From contig OZ255836.1 of NCBI GenBank assembly GCA_965277715.1, positions 4,128,001 to 4,192,000 on the forward strand: a stretch of DNA of 64,000 nucleotides, given 5' to 3'. Under the pieces are notes generated by a model. It was not told where the DNA came from. It searched no databases and saw only the letters and a program-made list of their open reading frames with translations. The position numbers were made by a program, and so were the translations under genes. Shown in pieces: positions 19,438-29,416 of this stretch. The stretch is from Gammaproteobacteria bacterium (lineage in GTDB: Bacteria > Pseudomonadota > Gammaproteobacteria > JBCCGL01). The first letter of the stretch is position 1; each line of letters begins with the position of its first letter.

Positions 19438-19477
19438 AAATAAACATTTAGTTGAATGTCAAAACTGAGTTCAAAAT

Positions 19478-19503
19478 CCCTAGCGGCTTGCTAGGGCTTT
19501 TTT
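19478..19503 (+). terminator. rho-independent terminator
   Basis: CCCTAGC-GGCTT-GCTAGGG followed by CTTTTTT. Confidence 0.75.
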
Positions 19504-19507
19504 GCTT

Positions 19508-19654
19508 TTACTCTTCGCTAGTCAACACCAAACACCCGTCCATCACTCTGACCTTCACTGGCGAATCAATCTCAAATCCCGCTTTGATTAACCAATGGCC
19601 TTTGAGGTGAATCTCGCCAATGGGTGTGCGCTGTCGGCAGTTCTGGCTGAAATA
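19508..19654 (-). pseudogene. symE: SymE-family toxin, 5'-truncated (not in ORF track)
   Basis: ...IHLKGHWLIKAGFEIDSPVKVRVMDGCLVLTSEE*; the upstream frame runs into the GGGGTCAGGC motif and a stop with no start codon. Confidence 0.75.
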
Positions 19655-19675
19655 AAAGGAAAAGGGGTCAGGCTA

Positions 19676-21241
19676 GAATGGCACTTCCTTAAGCTCTAAG
19701 TACATGAAAAATATGGAAGTACTTTCATTGTAAATGACCTATTTCTGTTTTTTGGGATGGCCATATTTTTTAACAACACTTCTGGCCACGTCCCTTGGCT
19801 GCATCAATAAAGGATACGGTTTGGGTCTTCGTTTAACCACTCTTGGTTCAATACGCCCCGGTCGATTACCCACACAGTTTTCTGCAATCAACGCACATAG
19901 CGCCAACACCTTATCACTACCCAGAGGGCTACCGCCTTTCTGATAACGATACGTTACCCAAATTTGTAACGTATGCTTAAAACTTATCTGTCGAGGCAGT
20001 ATGTCCACTAGTAAGGCAGATTGCGCCATTAATAAGCGAATAAGGTTGTAAGCTAATATGTGTACCCACATTTCCTTCTCAACCATTTCTGGCGTCTTAC
20101 AACGGAAAGTGTGCATCTTCATTGTCGTTTTTATATGGCGTAAATCAAGTTCGACATGCCAGCGTTCTTTGTAGAGCTGTTTAAGCGCCTCTTTAGACGC
20201 CGATTTAACTGATAACAACGTTGTCACCAACAGTTTTTTACCCACTTTCAGTTCACGTATAACCACTTCATCAGCAGCCGCTTCATAGGCTTCTTCGCTC
20301 ATCCACTCTGGTCTCTTCTTGGGCTTTGTATAACAAATCAGATGATCCTTCGATCCAAGCCTTTTGCCTTCTCGAAAATCTGTGGATTTACGCCGCGCAC
20401 CATGCGGCTCAAATACACCGTCTACTCCTTGCTCTATAAGGTTTGCTAGAAAAAAATAACCCGCAAAATAGGCATCACCCACCACAATATCACCCGGTTT
20501 AAGCGCATTTTGTATTTTTCTCAATAACGTTTGCTCATCCGCTCCCTTACCTTTAAAAGGACCCATTGCCGCATCGAGAACACCACCACTGGCTAAACAA
20601 ATAATTCCTACCCAGCGACAAAGAGGAAAACCGATCCCCACTTGCTGGCCTGACTGTTGCGGATAAACTACCTGATTTTCAGGCGTATCGGGCATTGTCA
20701 CAGTGGTGCCGTCAACCAATTTAACTGAACGCCCTTGCCAGTGCCAGTGACTGGCCGCTTCATTCGCCACACACTCGCCTGTACAACGGGCAAGCCCTGA
20801 GACGAGGGGGGTTGGCAGCCTTTGTCGCGCTTTACAATAACTCCCTGTATACGTATTACTCACTGATAAACCTTCACTTAATCGCTGTACAGCGAGTGTG
20901 TTGACAGCTTGTTGGCAGGACTGATCTGCACTCATTGTTTGGTATAAAAACAGCGATAAGGTATCTAGAGGAGGATAGCGACGCGCTCGAAAATCCGGTT
21001 GTAATTCTTCCAGTTTCGTAAGTAACTGAGAGGATGTCAGCAAGTGATAAAAACTCAATGCATCCGAGGATTGAGCTCGGCTTTTGATGCGACGTTGAAG
21101 AATGTTGACTTTTACATTACTCTGCATGATGGCTGGTTCCTGTGGGATAAAGGGTATTTGTGTTGGCAACAAATAACCTACCATAGAACCAGCTTTTTTT
21201 GTAATTACTTCAAATACTTACAGCTTAAGGAAGTGCCATTC
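19676..21241 (-). mobile_element. IS4-family insertion sequence
   Basis: perfect 20-bp terminal IR GAATGGCACTTCCTTAAGCT (19676-19695 / 21222-21241) enclosing a DDE transposase. Confidence 0.93.
19739..21127 (-). CDS. IS4-family DDE transposase
   Basis: VKLVDGTT, VVGDAYF, YKERWHVELDLRHIK (Y-2-R-3-E-6-K signature), GRIEPRVVKRRPKPYP. Confidence 0.93.
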   Translation of the reverse strand: MQSNVKVNILQRRIKSRAQSSDALSFYHLLTSSQLLTKLEELQPDFRARRYPPLDTLSLFLYQTMSADQSCQQAVNTLAVQRLSEGLSVSNTYTGSYCKARQRLPTPLVSGLARCTGECVANEAASHWHWQGRSVKLVDGTTVTMPDTPENQVVYPQQSGQQVGIGFPLCRWVGIICLASGGVLDAAMGPFKGKGADEQTLLRKIQNALKPGDIVVGDAYFAGYFFLANLIEQGVDGVFEPHGARRKSTDFREGKRLGSKDHLICYTKPKKRPEWMSEEAYEAAADEVVIRELKVGKKLLVTTLLSVKSASKEALKQLYKERWHVELDLRHIKTTMKMHTFRCKTPEMVEKEMWVHILAYNLIRLLMAQSALLVDILPRQISFKHTLQIWVTYRYQKGGSPLGSDKVLALCALIAENCVGNRPGRIEPRVVKRRPKPYPLLMQPRDVARSVVKKYGHPKKQK

Positions 21242-21357
21242 GGGTCAAGGCAGTTATTTCCTATATTTCTTGCTGGAAACCACTGTTTTTATCCGTATTA
21301 GTCGTTGTATGGTGAATAATAAGCCTGACCCTCTTGCCTCCCTTGCCTCCCTTGCTT
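21242..21357. mobile_element. GGGGTC element copy 3, abutting the IS4 end, with triplicated CTTGC tail
   Basis: GGGTCAAGGC...AAGCCTGACCCT then cttgcctcc cttgcctcc cttgcttt. Confidence 0.85.
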
Positions 21358-21447
21358 TCTAATAGTAATCTCCAAAGTGCACACGGTGATAATCGGACTA
21401 CACGCAGAGGAGGTTGTTTTGTTTATTGGGGAGGGCCGAGATGTTGA
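21358..21447 (+). pseudogene. short start-less C-terminal fragment (possible second toxin tip)
   Basis: SNSNLQSAHGDNRTTRRGGCFVYWGGPRC*; its 3' end overlaps the ATG of the next gene. Confidence 0.35.
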
Positions 21448-21941
21448 ATTTATGTAGAACACTTCAATCTTTATTTCTATTTTTTGGGGCAAGTTATATA
21501 TCCGTGTGTGATGCTGAACTGAACAAAAAATATGAAAAAGTCATCGATAAAAATATTCTTGGGCAAGAAATAGCCACTCTCTACGATAAATTTGGTTACC
21601 TTAAACTTGAAGTTGACAATGAATATGCCGATCTAGATAGGTTAGAAAGATATTGGTTGGCTATAGACTCACATTATGAGTTTCTAACCTTGCGTACAAT
21701 AAATGATCTTGTTGTAGAAGTAATCATTCGAAACCCGGACATAAAGACTGAGCGCGGAATAACAGTTGGAAAAAAACTGGATGAGTTTATCAAGTCTTAT
21801 CCAGATGCAAATAAGCTTAACACGTACACAAGTGGTATAAAGAGGCAGTTAATCGCTTATTGTGTTGAGAGTGAGAAACTAGAGGTAGAGTTTTACGAAG
21901 GTAAGATATTCGTTTTGAAAATTCTCGATGAATGTCATTGA
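21441..21941 (+). CDS. exported hypothetical protein, immunity-like
   Basis: GGAGG RBS, N-terminal hydrophobic segment, KTERGITVG...FIKSYP motif, AT-rich. Confidence 0.6.
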   Translation: MLNLCRTLQSLFLFFGASYISVCDAELNKKYEKVIDKNILGQEIATLYDKFGYLKLEVDNEYADLDRLERYWLAIDSHYEFLTLRTINDLVVEVIIRNPDIKTERGITVGKKLDEFIKSYPDANKLNTYTSGIKRQLIAYCVESEKLEVEFYEGKIFVLKILDECH

Positions 21942-22190
21942 TATAACCTAAAAGGAAAATGTAGCGTACCGCTTTCTGATCGTATAAATTCCCAAATTAT
22001 CGATCATAATATTTTTCAGTTTTTCGACGTTTTTGCCACACTCTGATCATAACAAAAAATATTTTTACCCTATTAAAATCTGACATTTTACCTATCTATA
22101 TCATACCGGTACGATAACGTCGGCTGGCAACGATACTCTCGTAGGCTGCTCTTTATGATGTCATGGGTTAATTTGTAACAGGGAGCACAT

Positions 22191-22213
22191 AGCCTGACAC
22201 AGGGGGTCAGGCT
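22191..22213. repeat. collapsed palindrome of the GGGGTC element end
   Basis: AGCCTGAC-ACAGGGG-GTCAGGCT. Confidence 0.6.
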
Positions 22214-22500
22214 TTGTCTTATAACGCAAAACTACCCCATGGTTGGGTAGATGTTGCGACATTTGCCCGCCTAAATCCTAAAATTAAAGGCGTGGGTACT
22301 AGTTTGTTTCAAGCCACTACGGACTTTGCACGAGGTAAGGACTTTGAATATATCAATGCAACCATAAGAGCGGATAATACAGCAGGGCTTCATACTATTC
22401 CAAAATGGGGTTTGTCGATTATTCGGTCGCTAAAGATGTCCCTTTGCAGGACGGCACACCGGTTGATCGTATCTCTAAAAAATATAATTTGCTGACCTAA
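22214..22500 (+). pseudogene. GNAT acetyltransferase, 5'-truncated and frameshifted
   Basis: KGVGTSLF...INATIRADNTAGL, then frame change to YYSKMGFVDY...DGTPVDRISKKY. Confidence 0.8.
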
Positions 22501-22525
22501 TCGTGTTGTAATTAACAGTTTTTGA

Positions 22526-22900
22526 CTACTGCGAAAACTCACTTCGCTGCCTCACTGCTTTACGTAAATTTTTTAGTTTAGTTGAATTATGTTCTCTATA
22601 CATAATCTCTGAACCATGCTCAAGCTCTTCATAGATTGGCAGTAGTTCGGTTACACCTTCAAAAATCCATTGCACGGGAATTCCTTCAGACCCACCCTTG
22701 TATGGTTCTGTTTGATATTTAGCTTCTTCAGTAATTTTATCGTAAGCATCTTCTAAATTTTCTGCTTGGATGATTATTGTATTTTCCCAAGCCGTAAATC
22801 TTTTTTCTGGATCTTCGTTTCCCTGTTCTTCTAACGCTACAAAGCGAATTATGTAGGAAGCAACATACCATCCAACTGGGGAAATATTCTTATCACTCAT
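22526..22900 (-). CDS. DUF4288-like protein
   Basis: WYVAS...WENTIIIQAENLEDAY...WIFEGVTELLPIYEELEHGSEI. Confidence 0.65.
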   Translation of the reverse strand: MSDKNISPVGWYVASYIIRFVALEEQGNEDPEKRFTAWENTIIIQAENLEDAYDKITEEAKYQTEPYKGGSEGIPVQWIFEGVTELLPIYEELEHGSEIMYREHNSTKLKNLRKAVRQRSEFSQ

Positions 22901-23173
22901 GCTTATACCTAACGCTCGCGATTGTAATATCACACCAAGGTTGGTCGCTGCAATATTATTGTCAGTTATATAGGGGGCAAGTATCATATTGAACGCTATA
23001 GATTAAATCACGTAAAATCGAAATAAAAGAGCTCGAATATATTTAATTTTTTAAAAAATATTTTCAGTAGAAATTTGTGTTACCACATTATCGTTATAAC
23101 GCAGTGATGCTACTATGATCATAATATGGTTGAAAAACGCTGGTTTGTACAACAGTCGTTTGGTAAGTAACAT

Positions 23174-24334
23174 TTATTTATAAGGATCAGCCGCATCTCG
23201 CAAACCATCACCAAAAAAGTTAAACGCTAAAATAATCAACACGACAGGCACTACGGGAAACATTAACCACGGGTACAGTGCGACTACATTGATATTTTGC
23301 GCTTCGTTGAGCAGCACGCCCCAACTGGTGATCGGTGGTCGCAGGCCGAGGCCAAGGAAGCTCAAGGCGGTTTCACCGAGTATCATCGCCGGAATAGAGA
23401 GTGTCGCCGAGGCGATCAGGTGGCTCATAAAGCCGGGTAATAAATGGCGTCCAATAATCCGCCCCGGTTTTGCGCCCATCAGTTCAGCCGCTGTGCAGTA
23501 ATCCTCCTCGCGCAATGCCAGTAGTTTGGAGCGAACGGCGCGTGCCAGCCCAGTCCAGTCGAGCATGGCGAGGATGACGGTGATGCCAAAGAAAATGAGA
23601 ATCGGGCTCCAGTTGACGGGCAGTACCGCCGAGAGTGCCATCCACAGAGGCAGTTCAGGGAATGAGCGGATAATTTCTATACAGCGCTGCACACTCGCAT
23701 CAACCCAGCCACCGTAGTAACCCGCCAACCCGCCAATCAGTATGCCGAAGGCAAAACTGATGAAGATGCCAACCAGGCCAATCGTCAATGAAATACGCGC
23801 ACCATAGGTGATGCGGGAAAACATATCGCGCCCCAAACGGTCGGTACCCAGCAGAAAGAAGGTGCCGTTCTCTGGGGGACAGACGATATGGAAACTACCT
23901 TCAAACAGACCCCAGAACTGGTAGCTGTCGCCGCTGCAAAAAAACCGCAGAGGTTGCACGTCATTAGGCCTTTCTGGGTAGTTGCGTTTGAGAATTTCCA
24001 TATCCAGTACGTAGTCACGCCCATAAACAAAGGGGCCGATAAATTCGCCATTGTGGAACAGGTGCACGCTTTGTGGCGGCGAGTAGATATAGTCGGTATT
24101 GCGTGTATGCAGGTTATATGGTGCGATAATTTCGCTAAATAATACCGAGCCGTAGTTGAGCGCGAGGATAATGCCGCAGATAACCGCCAGGCGGTGGCGT
24201 TTGAGTTTCCACCACATCAGCATCCATTGCGAGGCGAGGTAGTATTTTTCCTGTGCCGGTGTTAGCGATTCGATTGACTGCGGGTCAAAGGTCGCGCTGG
24301 ACACATAGTGTTCTATACGGTCTTGTCGGCTCAT
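23174..24334 (-). CDS. peptide/nickel-family ABC transporter permease (DppC-like)
   Basis: LLGTDRLGRDMFSRI, ETALSFLGLG, GDGLRDAADP. Confidence 0.95.
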   Translation of the reverse strand: MSRQDRIEHYVSSATFDPQSIESLTPAQEKYYLASQWMLMWWKLKRHRLAVICGIILALNYGSVLFSEIIAPYNLHTRNTDYIYSPPQSVHLFHNGEFIGPFVYGRDYVLDMEILKRNYPERPNDVQPLRFFCSGDSYQFWGLFEGSFHIVCPPENGTFFLLGTDRLGRDMFSRITYGARISLTIGLVGIFISFAFGILIGGLAGYYGGWVDASVQRCIEIIRSFPELPLWMALSAVLPVNWSPILIFFGITVILAMLDWTGLARAVRSKLLALREEDYCTAAELMGAKPGRIIGRHLLPGFMSHLIASATLSIPAMILGETALSFLGLGLRPPITSWGVLLNEAQNINVVALYPWLMFPVVPVVLIILAFNFFGDGLRDAADPYK

Positions 24335-25329
24335 TTCGCCAGGTCTCCCTGTAAACGGATGCGCGGATCAAGCAGGGCCAGCGCTATATCGGAAACCAGT
24401 ACACCGAATACGGTGAGTACAGCGAGAAACATCAGGAAGGAGCCCGCCAGGTACATATCCTGGCTTTGCAGCGCTGCCAATAGAATCGGCCCGGTGGTGG
24501 GAAGCGACATGACCACTGCGACGATCTCAGCACCTGAGATTACAGTGGGCAGTAAATTGCCAATGTCGGCAATAAAGAAATTCAGCGATACCCGCAAAGG
24601 GTATTTCCTCAGTAGTTTACCCGGTGGCAGGCCTTTCGCCCGGCCCGTCACTACGTATTGTTTTTGCAGTTCGTCGAGCAGGTTGGCACGCAACCGGCGG
24701 ATCATACCGGCGGTTCCCGAGGTGCCGATAACAACGACTGGTATCCACAGGTGTTCCAGCACCGAGATTAGTTTGTCGACGCTCCACGGTGCATCGATGT
24801 ACTCGGCTGCCATCAGGCCGCCAATCGAGGTGCCAAAATACACATTGGCAAAGTACAACATCACCAGTGCCAACAGAAAATTGGGTGTGGCCAGGCCGAG
24901 AAAACCCAATAGTGATAAACCGTAATCGCCCCAGCTATATTGGTGTGTCGCCGAGTAGATGCCAATCGGGAAAGCCACCGCCCAGGTGAATAGGATCGTG
25001 ACGGCAGAAATCAGCACGGTGAGAAACAAGCGGTCACCGACGACATCGGTAACGGGCAGGTTGTATTCAAATGAGTAGCCAAAATCACCTTGCAGCATAC
25101 CGGTGACCCAGAAAAAATATTGTTTGTAGAGTGGTTGATCCAGTCGGTATTGCTCGCGGAGAAAGGCGATTTTTTGTTCGTCGACAGACTCACCCTGGCT
25201 TTGCAGCTCGGCCATATAGCTTTCCAGGTAGTCACCCGGTGGCAATTGAATGATGACAAACACCAGTATGCTGATGACCAACAGCGTGGGGATCATCGTC
25301 AACAGACGACGAATAATATAGGTGGCCAT
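24331..25329 (-). CDS. peptide/nickel-family ABC transporter permease (DppB-like)
   Basis: YIIRRLL, LPPGD, GDFGYSF, RAKGL, LDPRIR. Confidence 0.95.
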   Translation of the reverse strand: MATYIIRRLLTMIPTLLVISILVFVIIQLPPGDYLESYMAELQSQGESVDEQKIAFLREQYRLDQPLYKQYFFWVTGMLQGDFGYSFEYNLPVTDVVGDRLFLTVLISAVTILFTWAVAFPIGIYSATHQYSWGDYGLSLLGFLGLATPNFLLALVMLYFANVYFGTSIGGLMAAEYIDAPWSVDKLISVLEHLWIPVVVIGTSGTAGMIRRLRANLLDELQKQYVVTGRAKGLPPGKLLRKYPLRVSLNFFIADIGNLLPTVISGAEIVAVVMSLPTTGPILLAALQSQDMYLAGSFLMFLAVLTVFGVLVSDIALALLDPRIRLQGDLAK

Positions 25330-27266
25330 TAGCGTCGTGCCTCGTCGAACCAAAAAGTATCGGGTTTATAAATACCAAAATAAGCGCCGGGTTCGATGTC
25401 GTAAAAACCCTGTTTTGGCACGTTGTGCAGGTGGTTATTCACCACCACCGGGTGTTGTACACCGGTGATGATGCCAATGCTGAATAATTGATCCCGGTGT
25501 ATCGCCAGCATACGGTGCCATATGCGTTCACGCTCCGCTACGGTGGCCGCCTGTCGCCATGCTTTGTTTAAACTCACCAGCTCTATAGCACCTGGCAGGT
25601 TGGGTGGTTCGCCACTTGCGCCGCTGCTCTCGTAGTATTGTCCCCATTTGGGCCACTGGTATTGGTATTTAGAGGTGGGTGCCAGATCCGCCGGACTGGA
25701 GTTGGGGGTTGGCAGGGCGTTAGCCAGGCCAGACCAGATCGACATAACCGCGTCGCCGGAAAAGATACGGTTGCGAAATACTTCGCGGGTTGAGGGGATG
25801 CTGTAGAGCTTGATACCGACCTTTAGCCAACTGTCGTGGATCAATTCGAGTACATCGGTTTGCTCGGTGCTCTCGCCAGCGGTTTGAATCAGAATTTCCA
25901 ATGGGCGACCATCTGGCATCAGGCGCACACCGCGATCATCGCGTTCGGTGAGACCGAGTTCGTCGAGTAGGGCGTTGGCTTGTGCCAGGTCGTATTCGAT
26001 CCAGGATTTTTGGTATTCCGGTTTAAACATTGGGCATTCAGGTAATACTGTGTTGTTGCTTTCCATCACCAGGCGAAAATAGACTACCTGATTGATTTCG
26101 TAGCGGTGAATGGCCAGGGATAGCGCCCGCCTGAAACGCACATCGCGTAGCAGGGTGCGGATGACTTCATCGTTGGTGTTCAGGTTGGGAAACAGTGCAA
26201 TGTGCGAGCCTTTGGCCGTTTTCCACAGGCGCACATCAAAGTTGTTGCGCTTGGCCGATTGCTTAAGAAAGGTGTAGTTGTCCATGCGCAGATAGCGGGC
26301 CTGTAGGTCTGCCTCACCTGCACCGGCTTTGGCTGGTACCAGTTTACTGGAGGCAATGTTGATGGCGATGCTGTCGATATACGGCAATTGACGGCCATTA
26401 CTGTCGATGCGGTGGTAGTAGGGGTTGCGCTTGAAGATAAACCGTTCTGATGGTGGATAGGTGGTATTCACCCAGGGTTGCAGTGTGGGTAAGTCCGGGT
26501 TGGTGGCTTTGTAGGGACGGTCATGGTTGACGTGTACCCCCATCCAGTTGCGCGCTTTGTACTGCTCAATCAGTTCGGCTATGCGGGCCTCACTTTGGTA
26601 GCGTTTGTGAAATTGGCGCAGGTAGTGGGCGGGCTTGTAAATGTATAACGGGCGGGGGGCTGCCAATGCCGGTAGAAAAAACGGGTTTGGTTGCGACCAG
26701 CTATAGCGCACTGTGTATGCGTCGATAAATTCGACTGTGGGTGCTTCACCGTCGATTAATAATTGTTTGGGTGGCCCGCCTTTGGCAAGCTCCGGGTCGT
26801 TGGCGATGTCTTCCCAGTAGTAGCGAAAATCATCGCTGGTGAATGGGTGTCCGTCTGACCAGCGGTGGCCTTTGCGCAGGTGCAGAGTAAAAATGCGCTC
26901 CTGCTCAATGTCGATGCTTTCCAGAATATCGGCTTGCAAGGTCAAGTCAGGGGTGTAACCCACCAGGCGTGCGTAGCCATAAATCACAATTTGGCGGATG
27001 TCTTTCTGTTTGCCCATCAGTAAGCGCATTTGCCCACCGTGCTTACCGGGTTTGAATTCACCTTCGAAGGTCACTAGCTGCGCCTGCTTGGGGATGCGTT
27101 CACCGACCGGTGGCAACTCACCACTGTCCACCTGTTGTTGCAGTGATGGGGTTTCGATGAGTGTCGCAGCGCCTGCCGGTTTATACACGGTGCCAGGCAA
27201 TACGGTACTGGCGACGATCAGGGTAATAGCTAGGTACTTCACGCGGCCAGCTCCGAGGGGTTGCAA
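25329..27266 (-). CDS. family-5 ABC substrate-binding protein
   Basis: [34 protein letters not shown]...[17 protein letters not shown]. Confidence 0.93.
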   Translation of the reverse strand: MQPLGAGRVKYLAITLIVASTVLPGTVYKPAGAATLIETPSLQQQVDSGELPPVGERIPKQAQLVTFEGEFKPGKHGGQMRLLMGKQKDIRQIVIYGYARLVGYTPDLTLQADILESIDIEQERIFTLHLRKGHRWSDGHPFTSDDFRYYWEDIANDPELAKGGPPKQLLIDGEAPTVEFIDAYTVRYSWSQPNPFFLPALAAPRPLYIYKPAHYLRQFHKRYQSEARIAELIEQYKARNWMGVHVNHDRPYKATNPDLPTLQPWVNTTYPPSERFIFKRNPYYHRIDSNGRQLPYIDSIAINIASSKLVPAKAGAGEADLQARYLRMDNYTFLKQSAKRNNFDVRLWKTAKGSHIALFPNLNTNDEVIRTLLRDVRFRRALSLAIHRYEINQVVYFRLVMESNNTVLPECPMFKPEYQKSWIEYDLAQANALLDELGLTERDDRGVRLMPDGRPLEILIQTAGESTEQTDVLELIHDSWLKVGIKLYSIPSTREVFRNRIFSGDAVMSIWSGLANALPTPNSSPADLAPTSKYQYQWPKWGQYYESSGASGEPPNLPGAIELVSLNKAWRQAATVAERERIWHRMLAIHRDQLFSIGIITGVQHPVVVNNHLHNVPKQGFYDIEPGAYFGIYKPDTFWFDEARR

Positions 27267-29137
27267 TGGGCGGCGACACGTACAAAGTGCCCGTCACCCA
27301 ATGGCAGAAAGGTCATAGGCGAATTGCCATCAATGGTAAAAGGGGGGTGCCATAGCGAAGGGTCAGAGGCGGCACCGTCGGTAATGGCCGTAAAATCGAG
27401 CGGTTGGTTCAACTCGGGGTGCGGTACGGCGGAGAGTAAGGCCTGTGTATAAGGGTGTACTGGGTTGGCGAACAATACCTCGCGGGGGGCCATTTCCACC
27501 AGCCGACCACGGCACATTACGGCAATGCGGTCGGCGATATAGTTGATGACGGCCAGGTTGTGTGAGATAAAAATATAGGTTAACCCCAGTTCTTGTTGCA
27601 GGTCTTTGAGTAAATTCAGCACCTGTGCCTGAATCGATACATCGAGCGCCGATACCGGCTCATCACAGATCAATAAATCGGGTTGTAGTGACAGTGCGCG
27701 GGCGATACCGATGCGCTGTCGCTGGCCGCCGGAGAAGCTGTGTGGGTAACGGTTTAAGAAGCGTGGGTCCATACCCACTAAGCGCATCAGCTCGGTGGTG
27801 GTGTCGCGCTGTGAAGCGTGATCCCCCATTTTATGCACGACCAGAGGTTCACGTAAAATATCAAAAATAGTCATTCTGGGGCTAAGCGCGCTGAAAGGGT
27901 CCTGGAAAATAAACTGCATTTTGCGACGGAAAGCCGATAAGGCATCACCTTTGAGAGCACGCACATCGATCAGTTGCCCGCGATCATTGTATTCGATTTT
28001 ACCTGTATCGGGTGTAATGGCGCGCATGATGATTTTGCTCAATGTGGTCTTGCCACAACCGCTTTCACCCACCAACCCAAAGCACTCGCCCTGCTTTACA
28101 TCGAAAGATACATCGTCGACCGCCAGCAGTTTTGAGGCCTGATTGCCGAACCAGCTGCCACTGTGCAGCGTATAGGCTTTGCTGATGCCCTGAATGCGCA
28201 GGTGCGGTGTATCGGCACTGTTTTCCGGCCAGGGCGTTTTATTTTTACCGATAGAGCCAATTTCATATTTGATTTCCCGCACGGGCACCAGGCGCTCCCC
28301 CTCGTCCATATCAAAGCGCGGCACCGCGTGCATCAGGGCATTCAGGTAAGGGTGCTCAGGTTTGCTGAACAAGGTATCCAGCGGGCCGCTCTCCATGATC
28401 TTACCGTGGTACATCACAACAACCTGATCGGCCATATTGGCGACTACCCCGAGGTCGTGGGTAATCAGTAGCAGGGCCATGCCCAGTTCGTTTTGCAGTT
28501 CTTTAATCAGCTTGAGAATACGCGCCTGAATGGTGACATCCAGTGCAGTGGTGGGTTCATCGGCAATCAGCAGCGTGGGGCGGCAGATCATCGCCATCGC
28601 AATCATGGCGCGTTGGCGCAGCCCGCCGGACAGTTCAAAGGGATACATGCGCAATGCACGGCGGGGGTTGGGGAAACCGACCTGACCGAGCATCGCCTCG
28701 GTAAGTTTTAAGCCCTCCTGGGGGCTGGCATCGCGGTGTAGAAACAGGGCCTCGCTAATCTGGTCGCCAATGGTATGTACGGGGGACAGCGAGGTCATGG
28801 GCTCCTGGAAAATAATGGAGACGCGGCCACCGCGAATCTGGCGCATGGCGGCACTTTCCGGGTCGAGTGCTGCGATATCGGTAAACGCATCGCTGTTATC
28901 ACCCTGATGATTGTTGGCGAGGTCATTATTCGCCAGTAGAATATGACCGGCAGTAATGCGTGCGGCACGCGGCAAAATGCCCATTATCGCCTGCGAAGTG
29001 ACCGATTTGCCAGAGCCGGATTCCCCTACCAGCGCGACCGTTTCACCGGGGTTTATGCCAAACGATACGTCGCTGACCGCAGCAATTGGGTTGCCGTGTA
29101 GATTGAAATCGACGGCTAAATTTTCTACTGACAACAA
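27239..29137 (-). CDS. fused double-domain peptide ABC ATPase (start possibly ATT at 29164)
   Basis: GESGSGKS and GESGCGKT Walker A; LSGG and FSGGQ signatures; HPY motifs. Confidence 0.95.
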   Translation of the reverse strand: MLSVENLAVDFNLHGNPIAAVSDVSFGINPGETVALVGESGSGKSVTSQAIMGILPRAARITAGHILLANNDLANNHQGDNSDAFTDIAALDPESAAMRQIRGGRVSIIFQEPMTSLSPVHTIGDQISEALFLHRDASPQEGLKLTEAMLGQVGFPNPRRALRMYPFELSGGLRQRAMIAMAMICRPTLLIADEPTTALDVTIQARILKLIKELQNELGMALLLITHDLGVVANMADQVVVMYHGKIMESGPLDTLFSKPEHPYLNALMHAVPRFDMDEGERLVPVREIKYEIGSIGKNKTPWPENSADTPHLRIQGISKAYTLHSGSWFGNQASKLLAVDDVSFDVKQGECFGLVGESGCGKTTLSKIIMRAITPDTGKIEYNDRGQLIDVRALKGDALSAFRRKMQFIFQDPFSALSPRMTIFDILREPLVVHKMGDHASQRDTTTELMRLVGMDPRFLNRYPHSFSGGQRQRIGIARALSLQPDLLICDEPVSALDVSIQAQVLNLLKDLQQELGLTYIFISHNLAVINYIADRIAVMCRGRLVEMAPREVLFANPVHPYTQALLSAVPHPELNQPLDFTAITDGAASDPSLWHPPFTIDGNSPMTFLPLGDGHFVRVAAHCNPSELAA

Positions 29138-29416
29138 GGCGGATTGTTTTGTTGTGTTGTTAATAAATCGCTCCTCATTTGGCCTGGCGGTTGGCTATCT
29201 TGCTTGTTTGGCACATTTAGATACCCGGTTGTTATATCACCATAAAGCCGCTTATTTTACCGTGCTGATGCCATTTACACAGCCACGGTATTTTTAGTGT
29301 GATCCTTTATAACGGATTTTTGGTTTTGGTTCGACTTAATATTGATTTTTTACGCTAGACGCCATGTATTTACTTGGTATTTGCTTGTGTACAAGTTAAT
29401 ACATGGGGTCTAGATC

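Noticed and set aside
14218-23100. Classical integron or prophage as explanation for the island
   Set aside because: No integrase, no complete attC sites recognised, mixed gene orientation, no phage structural genes.
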